From contig CM119264.1 in NCBI GenBank assembly GCA_051294375.1, positions 30,632,091-30,696,090 of the forward strand: a DNA stretch of 64,000 bases, written 5' to 3'. Within the stretch, counting starts at the first letter, position 1. The number at the start of each line of letters is the position of its first letter. A program made the position numbers and the translations under genes. Below the pieces are notes generated by a model. It was not told the DNA's origin and did no database searches. It saw only the letters and a program-made list of their open reading frames with translations. The DNA comes from Paraspadella gotoi. Lineage: Eukaryota > Animalia > Chaetognatha. Of this stretch, positions 13,251 through 23,895 are shown one piece after another.

Positions 13251-14210
13251 GCCGGCTTTCACTTTTTCCCTCATACAGGCAGCCAGACTCACATTTCTAG
13301 CTCTAGTTCCATAGGTGCGGTGAAAGTAGCAGACCTGGACACCGTCAGACATGATAGAGGGTCGAGTTGTTGTTGTTGTTGTTTGTTGTTTGAGGTCGAG
13401 TTTGAATTGCCGGCGATGGGCGTTGCGCGGCCTGGATCTGCGGTTCTTGGCGTTCGGCGCGGATGGTGGCTGCGAGACAGATGCATATTGTTTGGCATTG
13501 GTCTTGTTTCGTCAAAATGACGGGCTCTTCATCTGCCAAGAACTATCTCGTCTGCTTCATCTGAGTATGCATGGTCATTTTTGTAATGCTTATGCGAACT
13601 GATGGTTGGTTGACTGGGGCATGGCTTTTGTCTTTCAAGTTCGCACTGCATTGGTCATAAAAAGCATCAGCGGCGCGTGCTGCTTCCTCAAAGCGACGTT
13701 GTTCTCCAGTGATGACAATGTTCGCGGATACGTGGAGAAGAATGCTGCCAAGGCTTCTTTTTTGAAATGCTCTATGGTTATACCACCGCGCCAGTCAAGT
13801 TCAATTCTTTTTCTCCATGAAGAAGGCGGAGGCCGTTGGAGTTTTGGAATATGGAGGCACCTTTGTGCCCTGTCACGAAAGTTGGGGCCAAATCATCTAC
13901 TAGTTTTTTGAAGAATGACATCAGTGTTCTCTTCAAGGCTTATTCAAAGAGATCGGCAATGAAGAGGGCGATGTTCCGCGCCCAATAGAAGCAAGGATGT
14001 AGGAAGTTTCTAGTCTCATTATCCATGTTTGTTGTTTTGAAGGCCCCGTAGCCACTTGTTTCTATGCCCATATTTTCTACGTGGCGGCCGTCAAAAGTTG
14101 GGATTTTGGGAGTTTTGGGTCATGCCCGAGTGTTTGGAGCTAATGTCATTGGCTGTTGCAATGAGAGGAGGAATTGGAATTCTCCATTGGTTGTTGTTTG
14201 TCTTTGTTCT
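13250..14210 (-). pseudogene. gag: Gypsy gag with CsRN1-type CHCC zinc knuckle, frameshifted
   Basis: C-YF-H-RTYGTRAR(K)-C-ESG-C (CX2HX9CX3C) at 13279-13331, needing one inserted base. KIPTFDG N-terminal gag-like segment at ~14090-14110. Start position approximate. Confidence 0.8.
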
Positions 14211-14827
14211 AATTGTTTGTCGTTGTAGAGAAGAGTAGCAAGTTTCCGTCTGTTGTTCTAAAATGCCTTTCAATGCGCCGATTGGGAATCGTGAGACTAG
14301 TTGGTCTTGCAAGAGTGTCCATGACTTCATCTGTGAAAAGTGGAGGTGGACGGAATGGTGATCAATCTGTGATGATCCTTGGACGGGAAACTTGGTTACA
14401 GGTTTTGTTGGAATATAGACATATATCGGAGAACTTTCACTTATTCGGTCGCCGTATAGAATGCAGAGCTGACGTATACTGAAGTGTCCTCAGTTCTCCG
14501 TATTGTGAATGTAGACGTCGATGTGTCAGTGTCTAGTCTGTGTTGTGTGAAGTTTTTTCGGTTCTGGTCCGTTACTGCCGCCGACGGATGGTGATTTGGA
14601 GCGCCCTCTTTTCCCGCGCCGAAAACCACCTATTGATTTGCAGGTTGAGAGCTGTTGATCGTTTGAACCAGCTTGAAAAATTTATCGCCACTTTATTTTT
14701 TCTATAATCTTAGCTTTATTTTTTATCGTTTTGTTTTATTACTGGATATATTTGTTATTATTCCAAGGTCAGAAGGATTTTTGCGTAGAGTTTTTAATTT
14801 TTCCTTTTCATGTCGGGAATCATCATT

Positions 14828-15043
14828 TGTGGCGAAATAAAGAGAGACTTTATGTTAAAGAGAGTTAAAAGAAGGATTTTATTATCTAGAGAGAGAAACA
14901 GACACGACAAGACACTTTTAGAGTATGGGAAAAATGAAGAGTACAATACAATAAAAGTAGTTTCACGTGAGCGAATTCTAAGGCCAATCTAAGGACAAGC
15001 GGAAATATAGGAACGAGTTTTTCATTACGTTCTCTCGTCTTCA
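14828..15043 (-). repeat. 5' LTR of the Gypsy element
   Basis: Plus strand runs TGTGGCG...TCTTCA; direct repeat of 9236-9436; followed on the minus strand by the PBS-like sequence. Confidence 0.92.
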
Positions 15044-15477
15044 AGAATAAGATTAAAGATTAGTGTTAATTATTTATTTAAAAAATTATTATTTATAATT
15101 CTAAAAAAAATAAAATCAGGTTCAGAGGATTCATGAACAGAAACTGTGGCGCATTATCGTCAACAAGTGCCGAATCTCCTCCGAGGTCGGCTCGGGACAA
15201 AAAGCCCAAGACCGGCTTACTTTCCGTATGCAATCGCCTTCGTCGTCGTAGATCCCTGGGGTCAAACCCCTTGGGGAGGACAGGGGTCAAACCTGGGGAC
15301 AGGTTCAACCCCTGGGAAGACAGGGCTGAACCCCTGGGGGACAGGGTCGACCCCATGGGGGAAATGTTGAGATGCAACATAGGTGAGGGAGGAAAGGGTT
15401 TGTGTCAGAGAGATCGGCATTAGATATCTATATATATATATATATATATATAGTTATTATAGCTATATATATATTAT

Positions 15478-15556
<79 letters not shown>

Positions 15557-16514
15557 TATAATGTAATATATGACGCACGAATACCGACCCAATCACAGAC
15601 TTTATTTCAACCTTCAGACTGACCAATGACCCGACAGAGAGACTAAAGAGTCGATGGCCGGGGATTGCCTAGCAAGGGAATCTTCTTTATTAATTATTGA
15701 ATAATTAAATAATTGTCATTTATTCTCTTGTCATAACCTGTCATCTCTATGTCGGTTTCCTTCTTATCTTCTCTCTTTNNNNNNNNNNNNNNNNNNNNNN
15801 NNNACGATGACGATGACGACTACGACGACGACGACGACGACGACAACATTAACTGCAAAGACGACGACGATAAAGAAGACATAATAATTTTAATATCGAA
15901 GATAAAACCACATGATGGTTGATAATATGCATATACTAATTAATGTCTCCTTTGATAGTCATTTAAACTTAAAAAATTAAGGTTTAATATAGTGGCAATG
16001 CGATGGAAAACTTTACTATTAACTTTTCTATTAACTTTACTATTTATAAAATCATCGCTATTTTATAAAGAACGAAATATATGATTCTATATGGAACGAA
16101 CTAAAGACGCAAATAAACGAAGAAAAAAACCATGTTAGTGATGTAAAGACGTGTATGTTAAAATTTTCCACGTAAAAATTTAGAATATATGTACATGTAA
16201 ACGTTAAAATATTCTAAACGTCGAAATTAATAATTAAAAAAATATATATAAGGTTTTTGAGCTGACGTCGTTTTTTTTTCCTTTTCTTTTTTCTTTCTTT
16301 TTCTTTTTTTTTAATTTCTGTTCTGTTTTCGTTTTGTTTTGTCTCTCGCTGGTTTTTGTTTTATTTATCGCCTCCCGATGTTTTTTTTCCCTGAGACGAA
16401 TTTTATTTCAAAGGCGAACGAGAAAAAGAGAGATTTTTTTTTGTGCAAATCTTGATGACGTTGAAAATAAATGTAAGGACGAGATTGTAAAATATAAACA
16501 CTACCTTATAAAAT

Positions 16515-16635
16515 CTATATTAAATTGGTGCAACCAATATAACAATTATCTATTCATTTGATAAATAAGTTAACTTGCCCCTGACTTTGGAAAAGGCTTT
16601 AGTAGGGCCTCAATCCTTCTACAAGATAACAACCA
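16515..16635 (+). repeat. Short dispersed repeat family, copy 1 of 3 (others ~38690-38825 minus, ~49170-49350 plus)
   Basis: 'aaattggtgcaaccaat..aattatctattcatttgataaataag..ttgcccctgactttgga..aggcttt' matches 49176-49255. Confidence 0.8.
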
Positions 16636-16984
16636 TATACCACATAAGTCTCATTGTGAAAATATTTTTCACGCATTATATAGATTAGATTAAGGTAAGG
16701 TAAGGTAAGGTTTATAATCTCTGCGATAATCATTCAGAAAAATTCATTTTTTATTGTTAATAATTAGAATATAAACAGTGGATCTATTTAAAACACCATT
16801 TACACACTTATACGCTTACTTACACAGTAACACATTTACTCTCACACTTACTACATCCGATAAAGAGAGGAACAAACAAAAACATTTAGATTGAGTTTAA
16901 GTCAACAAATTCAAACGATTTTGGAGAAAGATTCGTTTTTAAATGCCCGTCCGAATCGGTTCAAATCGTAGAGAAGACTCAACC

Positions 16985-17041
<57 letters not shown>

Positions 17042-17399
17042 GAGAGAAGAGAGAGAGAGAGAGAAGAGAGAAGAGAGAGAGAGAGGAGGGAGGGACGTCT
17101 TGAGAAGGAAAAACGAATGAAAGTAAAATCGAGAACGAAGATGAAGGAAAGAAAAATGGGAAGAGAACGAGACATGAGGAGGAGGAGGAAGAAGAAAACG
17201 TCGCGAGAGTAACTAGAGATTGAGGAAGAGGGGGAGGAGGAAGAGGAAGAGGAAGAGGAGGAGGGAGAAAGAGGAAAATAACAAATGAATTTAGAAAAAA
17301 AAAAAAAAAAGGTGGAACAGCGATGAAATTAATTGTGCCTTTCTTTTTTAATTGTACTACTATTTAATACTGGCGATAAAAAGGAATTTTCTTTGAAGA

Positions 17400-18150
17400 A
17401 TTAGTGAAAGAAAAGAAGGAAGAAAGGAAGGAAGGATAGAATGAGAGGAAGGAAAGTAAGGAAAGGAAGGAAAGGAAGAAAAGGAAGGAAAGGAAGGAAA
17501 GGAAGGAAAGGCTCCTAACGTCCTTTCTTCTTCCTTCCTTCCTTCCTTTCCTTCCTTCCTTCTTCCTTCCTTCCTTTCATTCTTTTATTTCTTTTTTTTC
17601 TTTTCTTCCTTTCCTTTCCTTCTCTCCTTTTCTTCCTTTCCCTCCCTTTCCCTTCCTTCTCCTTCCCTACCTTTCTTTGCCTGTCATTCTTTCCTTCCCT
17701 TTCTTCCCTTATTTCCTCTTTTCCTCCCTTCCTCCTTTTCCTGTCCTATTCCTTCCTTTCCTCCTTTCCTTCCTTCCTTCCTTTCATTCTATCTTTCTTC
17801 TCGTTCCTTCCTTCCTTTCCGTCCTTTCCGTCCTTTCCTTCCTTTCCTTCCTTTCCTTTCCTTCCTTCTTCCTTTCCTTTCCTTCCTCTTCCTTCCTTTC
17901 CTTCCATTTCTTCCTTTTCTCCATACCTTTCCTTGTCATTCTTTCCTTCCTTCTTCCCTTATTATCTCTTCCCTCTCCCCTTTCCTTTCTTTTCTCCTTC
18001 CATTCCTTACTTTCCTTCTTTCATCTTCCTTTCCTTTCCATCTTCCTCCTTTCCTTCCTTTTCTTCCTATCCTTCCTNNNNNNNNNNNNNNNNNNNNNNN
18101 NNGGAAGGAAGGAAGGAAGGAAGGAAGGAAGGAAAGAAAGGACGTTAGGA
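17400..18150. repeat. (GGAA)n/(TTCC)n low-complexity block with a local inversion across a 25-N gap
   Basis: 'gctcctaacgtcctttc' at ~17511 is the reverse complement of 'gaaaggacgttaggagc' at ~18136. Confidence 0.85.
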
Positions 18151-18756
18151 GCAAGAAAAGAAAGAAGGATTTTGGGGGAAATTAGAAGGAATAGAATAAA
18201 GAAAAAAGAGTTGAACAAAAAAACAATAACCAAAAATAATAACCCGAAAACGAAAATGATAAAACGACAAAAATGGCGGCAAAAACGATGAAAAGAAAAA
18301 AAGAAAGAAAAAGAAAAAAACAACTTCCTTTTTCGATATAAAACAATTTCCTTCCCTTTTGTTTTTCTTACGCGAATCTTTTTATTTTTCCGTTTCTTTT
18401 CCAGAAGGTGGCACTACTTGTCAAGCTTTCTTTCTTTCTTTCTCTCTCTCTCTCGCTCTCTCTCTTTCTCTCTCTCACACTCTTTTCACACCCATTGGCC
18501 TCACTCTCTTTCTTTCTTTCTCTCTCTNNNNNNNNNNNNNNNNNNNNNNNNNNNNNNNNNNNNNNNNNNNNNNNNNNNNNNNNNNNNNNNNNNNNNNNNN
18601 NNNNNNNNNNNNNNNNNNNNNNNNNNNNNNNNNNNNNNNNNNNNNNNNNNNNNNNNNNNNNNNNNNNNNNNNNNNNNNNNNNNNNNNNNNNNNNNNNNNN
18701 NNNNNNNNNNNNNNNNNNNNNNNNNNNNNNNNNNNNNNNNNNNNNNNNNNNNNNNN

Positions 18757-21530
18757 ACCCATTAGCGCGAACTGACAACCCGGCTGTTCTTTTGTCAATG
18801 TTCTAATCAGTTGGAGAGAAGAGGGCGTTTGTTATTTGTTCAAGTTTTTTTGGTTCGTTTGTCCGCCTGCCCTTTTGTGTTTGTCTGTCCGTCTGTCCGT
18901 CAAGACTAAGTTGTTTTCGCATTTATTCAACACATGATTACGATCAATCTTATTTTCAACACTTGTGCTTCCATCTGCGTGTCACGCAAAAAACCTTTAT
19001 ATTTTCTTCCTTTGTTCTTATTCTATTTTTCTTTTGCGTGATAATTTCTAAGACTCTTAGGCTTTTCTCGGTTAAGGCTTCGGTCCCTCTTAATGTCTTT
19101 CAATATTTATCTCTTTGTTTAAATAAAAACAAGATGTCGAACTGCAAATATAGACTTGATCCCATTTTGCCATTTTGCTCACCTGCTTCATNNNNNNNNN
19201 NNNNNNNNNNNNNNNNNNNNNNNNNNNNNNNNNNNNNNNNNNNNNNNNNNNNNNNNNNNNNNNNNNNNNNNNNNNNNNNNNNNNNNNNNNNNNNNNNNNN
19301 NNNNNNNNNNNNNNNNNNNNNNNNNNNNNNNNNNNNNNNNNNNNNNNNNNNNNNNNNNNNNNNNNNNNNNNNNNNNNNNNNNNNNNNNNNNNNNNNNNNN
19401 NNNNNNNNNNNNNNNNNNNNNNNNNNNNNNNNNNNNNNNGAGGGAGAAAGGAAGGGGGGAGGAAGAGAGAGAGGAGAAAAAGGAAGGGAGGAGGCGGAGG
19501 AAGAGAGGGAGGGAGAGAGAAAGAGTAAACGAGACAGAAACGTATCACCGGCCTGAAATGGGATTTCCCGCCACGGCGCCAAGAGAGATAACGGACTTCA
19601 TCAAACTTCTAACGATTTTTGACGCGAATCAGCGTAAAATTTAAGTATCAGTTGAAAAGTTAAGAAACGAAAATGGGCAAGTAACGGTTGAAACGTGGTC
19701 CCAGTTTGTTCCACGCTGTTTTACAAGTTATAGACGCGGTTCTTTTTGTTCGTGATGTTTGTACTTACCAGTTTGTATGGTAGCAAACGGTTGAACCTTG
19801 GCTGGGACTTCCGTGTGCATACGTGGGCTCTCCGTTTTTTCCAGCCCCCCCCGCGGTCTGGGAAGAAAAAAGTTAATTTGAAAATGGCTAAATCAATAAC
19901 GGTCGAGACAATTATGTCTTGACAACAATGCCCAAACTAACTTTTTAGGCGTGAACAAATAGAGTAAAAGTAAAAGTTAAACTTTGATCGCTTTTATCGC
20001 TCGGCCGACTTTCTTCCCAAGACGCTAACCTTGTTCCTCCAGCTTCACGCTGACGGCGTGAAACTTCTCGCCTTCCCGTCCCGCATCCTGTGAATTTCAC
20101 AGACGAAATTCCCAAAGTTTCCGGGTTGAACCGTGAAGGCGAGTTGAACCGGTCTCCCCGATAGTCGCAATGAAGGCGGTCCGTTCCCCAAGGAGAGTAA
20201 AAAGAACTTTCCGGTCCCCGATCTCTTCGCCCGCTAACGTCGGACATAATCGGGGGGCGGGTCATCCGGCCGACGTCGAACGCCTCCCTCCTTCCGCGGA
20301 CGGCGCCGGTCGAGTACCCACACGAACTCATCGTCTGGACCCACGGTGCCGGATTTTCCGGCATTTCAAGTCGCGGGCAGTATCGTCGCTGCAATTGAGG
20401 GCAACGAGTTCGTTGATTCGCGTCGTGGAGCGTTGATGGCATCGACTTCGGCGGAGATGGTGGAGATGGGTTAGTTGGTGGAGTGTCAATGATTAGGGGT
20501 TGAATGGTTAATTGGTCCGCGGATGGGATTGACGATTAGTGTTCGAGAAAGCAAAGAGAAATTTAAAACGTCTGCGGTCGGCGAGAAGTGCATGGTGGAT
20601 CGGCGGGTCACTTGGGGTTTAACTTCATCTAAGGACTTATTTTCCTCAAGCTACCGAAATTGAAGATGCGTTTTCCGGTTTTAGGTAATTCATCGTATAT
20701 TGTGTCGAAATTGCCAAAAAAAGCCATTTCGGGAATGTTTATATATGATTGATGTATATGCTAATATTGAGGTTTTTTCATTATTGCGGATTCCGTCTTT
20801 CTATCGGATTTGTGATTCTTCGGGTAGAAACTGACTTTTTTACTAGTTACAGATTCTCTAGAATGTGACACGTTTTATGACTTCTGTTGGGCTTTGACAC
20901 CGCCAAACTACGTTAAGCAATGTTTTATGGATTTAAGGGCCAACCGGAATAGTTTATTTAATTCGATTTTGTTAGGGAAGCAGAAAACATTTGCGGGGTG
21001 TGAGTTTTTTTTCAAGGGTAATTGATTTTGAAATAATAATTTAACTTCGTTTTGCTTGTGAATCAGTTTCGGTCGACTGCTTTTTCAAATCTACACAACT
21101 TGAGGCGCCTTTTCTTTTTAATCTTATTCACGTTTCAATCTTTATTTCTAAAAAAACTTTTTACGTAAATTTTCTAACCCGCCATCTTTTTAATTAATAA
21201 TCTCTTCTTCTCTCTCCTCTTCTTCTCTCTCTCTCTCTCTCTCTCTTCTGTCTCTCTCTCTCTCTCTCTCAAATCCCCATTCTTGTCGACTCACTTGGGG
21301 TTTCGCGGTTTTTTCGCGGTCTCGTGGCGGCCAATCCCTTCCGGGGCGTTCGTCGTCGACGCGGCGTCGGCGATCGGCGCGACTCCAGAGCCCGAAAAGA
21401 AGAGCGACGGCTGAAGACCAACGATGGTGACGGCGATGACGATGAGGACGATGAGCGCCAATCGGAACCGAGCGAGATGATGTCGCCGCTGTTTTTTTGG
21501 AGGAGTTTGAGAAGGGAAAAAAGAAGGCAT
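18757..21530 (-). CDS. Candidate multi-exon gene for a secreted or membrane-anchored protein, possibly Ig-like. Exons ~21530-21295, 20650-20030, 19857-19769, 19608-19549, (gap)-19183, 18802-(gap)
   Basis: Collinear canonical splice sites on minus: donors GTGAGT (21294), GTTAGC (20029), GTAAGT (19768), GTGATA (19548), GTGAGC (19182); acceptors ttcggtag, tttcttcccag, cgttag, actgattag. The 89-nt and 60-nt exons join in phase without stops (..EEQ-DRGGGWKKRRAHVC..YKL-KFDEVRYLSWRRGG..). Exon 1 encodes LALIVLIVIAVTIVG. Exon 2 needs frameshifts but gives VALNC...EFVW...TLGISSVKFT(D)AG. Confidence 0.45.
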
Positions 21531-23111
21531 GTTCTCAGAAATAGGAAAAAAGCGACGAGAGGGAAGCAGAAAGCTGGATTAGAACTTCGTTAAAGTTATA
21601 TAAGCTAATAGAAAAGAAGAGGAGGAAAAGTCTCATAAATTACAAGGGAGATCATTGGAAGCGAACCTCAAAAAATGGGTAACCCAGCCCATACATCTAA
21701 TCCATTGGTCATCATCTAGATTTTATTAGTTACAAAGTTTTCCTAAAAGTTTTTTTCTGTGCTTATCCTATAACATTCGACGACATGTCAACTTCATTCT
21801 AGTTACAGTATAAAATTTGTATTATTTTTCTCTTTTTCGTTGCTAAGTGAAATTAGGAATTGTCTTGTTTGCTATGTTTTCTTATTGATAATAAAATCGT
21901 TGTATTGGCAACAATTAAAAACAATTCCTTAATCTATGAATAATAAAATCGTGTATTGGAAAACAATAAAACAATTACCTAGTTAAAACCAGAAATTTTT
22001 TTTCGGCGGCCAAAGTAAGGAAAAGTTGAAAGAGATTCTTTGGATTGCACAATGGACGGACCTGGAACCCTTGGACTTTGTTTCCGGCTAAACATTGAAT
22101 TTTGAAATTTGGATGAGGGGCTACTCCAAAGATTTTTTCCCAGACTTGTTGATTGTTTTGCCCAAGTTAATGAAAATTTTATTTAAATTATTTACTGAGC
22201 TATTAAAATCGTTTTTCAGGTAGATACTCGCGAATTCTTTGTAGATTTGATTGTCTGGAGAAAGTGAGGAAGAACGAGAGGGAAAGGGGAGATAACATTG
22301 AGGAGTTTTATGGTTAGAAGTTCGGCGTTGAGATTCGAGGTAACCACTGAGATTTGGATTTGAAAAGTGGCTGAAAAATAAATAATTGTCAGGGCGTAAA
22401 AGAAGAGAGATGAACATAAAAACAAAACCCAAACAAAATACCCCCCCCAAAAAAAAAGAGAAAAAAATAAGAGGAAAAGAAAATCCTCGACTGAAACATT
22501 TCGGTTTGATGCGAGAAAGACCGCGCCACGACGGGCACGGCCACGTAAAGGGGAACCCACAGGACGACGAGACGGAACGACGCAAGAAACGAGAGCAGCG
22601 CCGGGCCGCCACCAGATCCGAACCGGCGGCCGCGAGAAGGAAGACGATCGTCACGATGGGCGCGGCGTTCGGAGCTTGGTCGATTTGCTTGGACGTGGAG
22701 CGGGGGAAAGCGTGTTTTTATTGATTCTTATTTTTAATTTTAAACAGGGGCTGGACAGAAAGACTAAATTTGTAGAATTAGTTACGTCAATTTAATATCA
22801 AAAAGGGAAGTCATCTTTCTCTCTTTTTTTCTCGGAATTTCACAGACGAGGCGCGGAGGGTCGCGTCTCAGTCATCAATCCATTCCGATGGAAAATTCGC
22901 CGATTCGAGGAAATTGAGTGGATGAAAAACTGGAGGGAAAATACTCTAGAAAGGAAAAGGGATAAAGGAGGAAAGGAAGCTAGAGAATAAGGAAGGAGGA
23001 GATAGAAGAAAATGAAATTGGGAGTGTCGGAAATAGAATGGATGAAGTAAATCATAATTTATGATAAGATAGAGTATTTAAGCTTGTTTGTTGTTACTAA
23101 TAATTTAATAC

Positions 23112-23895
23112 TGTGGCGGTATATTCACACCGCCTCACGTCCACATCCTTTAGCCAAATCCATTGGGTCAGAGGGAAACCACATCCCAAGTGTAGTGTTC
23201 CAATCCAACAGGTCTAAACGATTTTCCCTATGGCGTTGCAAAAGCGAGAACCGTCCTAGGGTAACCGCCGCCAGTGGAACTGAGGCGTCCACTGGAGGGT
23301 CGGAAGGCCCCAAGCCCAAACGTGAAGATGCCCCATTCCCAATGGGCATCCACAGGGCAACCCGGCTGTTGCATAAGTGGTTGAAGCCCCTTACTATCGA
23401 ACACGGCAACCCTTCTCAGGGTACGCTGACAAATGGCCTATGGCCCTGCGCGACTTCGGTACGCTACGGACAAAACGCCTATGGGCCCCTGGGGGTACGC
23501 TACGACAAACGCTTATTTGCCCCACAAACTCGCGTCTCTCTCTCTCCCACTATGGTAACAGTCTGTCAGGACAACCTCTCGCTTGAGGACCCTGAGTGAT
23601 GTCTTGGCCTGGGGGATCCTTGTTGGCGCGTATATTCAACACCGCCTCCACGTCCCACCATCCTTCAGCCAAATGCCCATTGGCTCAAGAGGGCGGGACC
23701 ACCACCATCCCAAGTGTAGTGTTTCCATCCCCACAGTCCTAACGACTTTCCCTCTGCGTTTGCAAAACGGAGACCGTCCTAGGGTAACCGCGGCCAGTGG
23801 ACTGGAGGGCGTCAACTGGAGGGTTCGAGCCCCCAAGCCAACAGTGAGATGCCCCATCCCAATGGGATCCTACAGGCAAAACCCGGCTGTGCCTA
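23112..23895 (+). mobile_element. TRIM-like non-autonomous mini LTR retroelement (LTRs 23112-23375 and 23621-23895; ~245-bp non-coding interior)
   Basis: Two ~265-bp direct repeats with TGTGGC...GCCATA termini. ATAC duplication at 23108-23111 and 23896-23899. PBS-like TGGTGAGCC follows LTR1 (clearest in the mirror copy, 28088-28096). G-run 'tgggggatc' precedes LTR2. The interior has three GGTACGCTACGACAAACGC-like repeats. Confidence 0.75.

Larger units (their letters stand above)
9236..15043 (-). mobile_element. Full-length Ty3/Gypsy LTR retrotransposon, CsRN1-clade-like
   Basis: Direct-repeat LTRs 9236-9436 and 14828-15043 (TG...CA). AGAA target duplication at 9232-9235 and 15044-15047. PPT at 9437-9446 (AGGGGGGGGT on minus). 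PBS-like TGATGATTCCCGACATGA at ~14808-14825 resembles the tRNA-Trp PBS TGGTGACCCCGACGTGA. Domain order is gag-PR-RT-RH-IN. Confidence 0.95.

Noticed and set aside
23112-23375. Hammerhead ribozyme in the TRIM LTR
   Set aside because: No CUGANGA...GAAA core with supporting stems found by eye on either strand.
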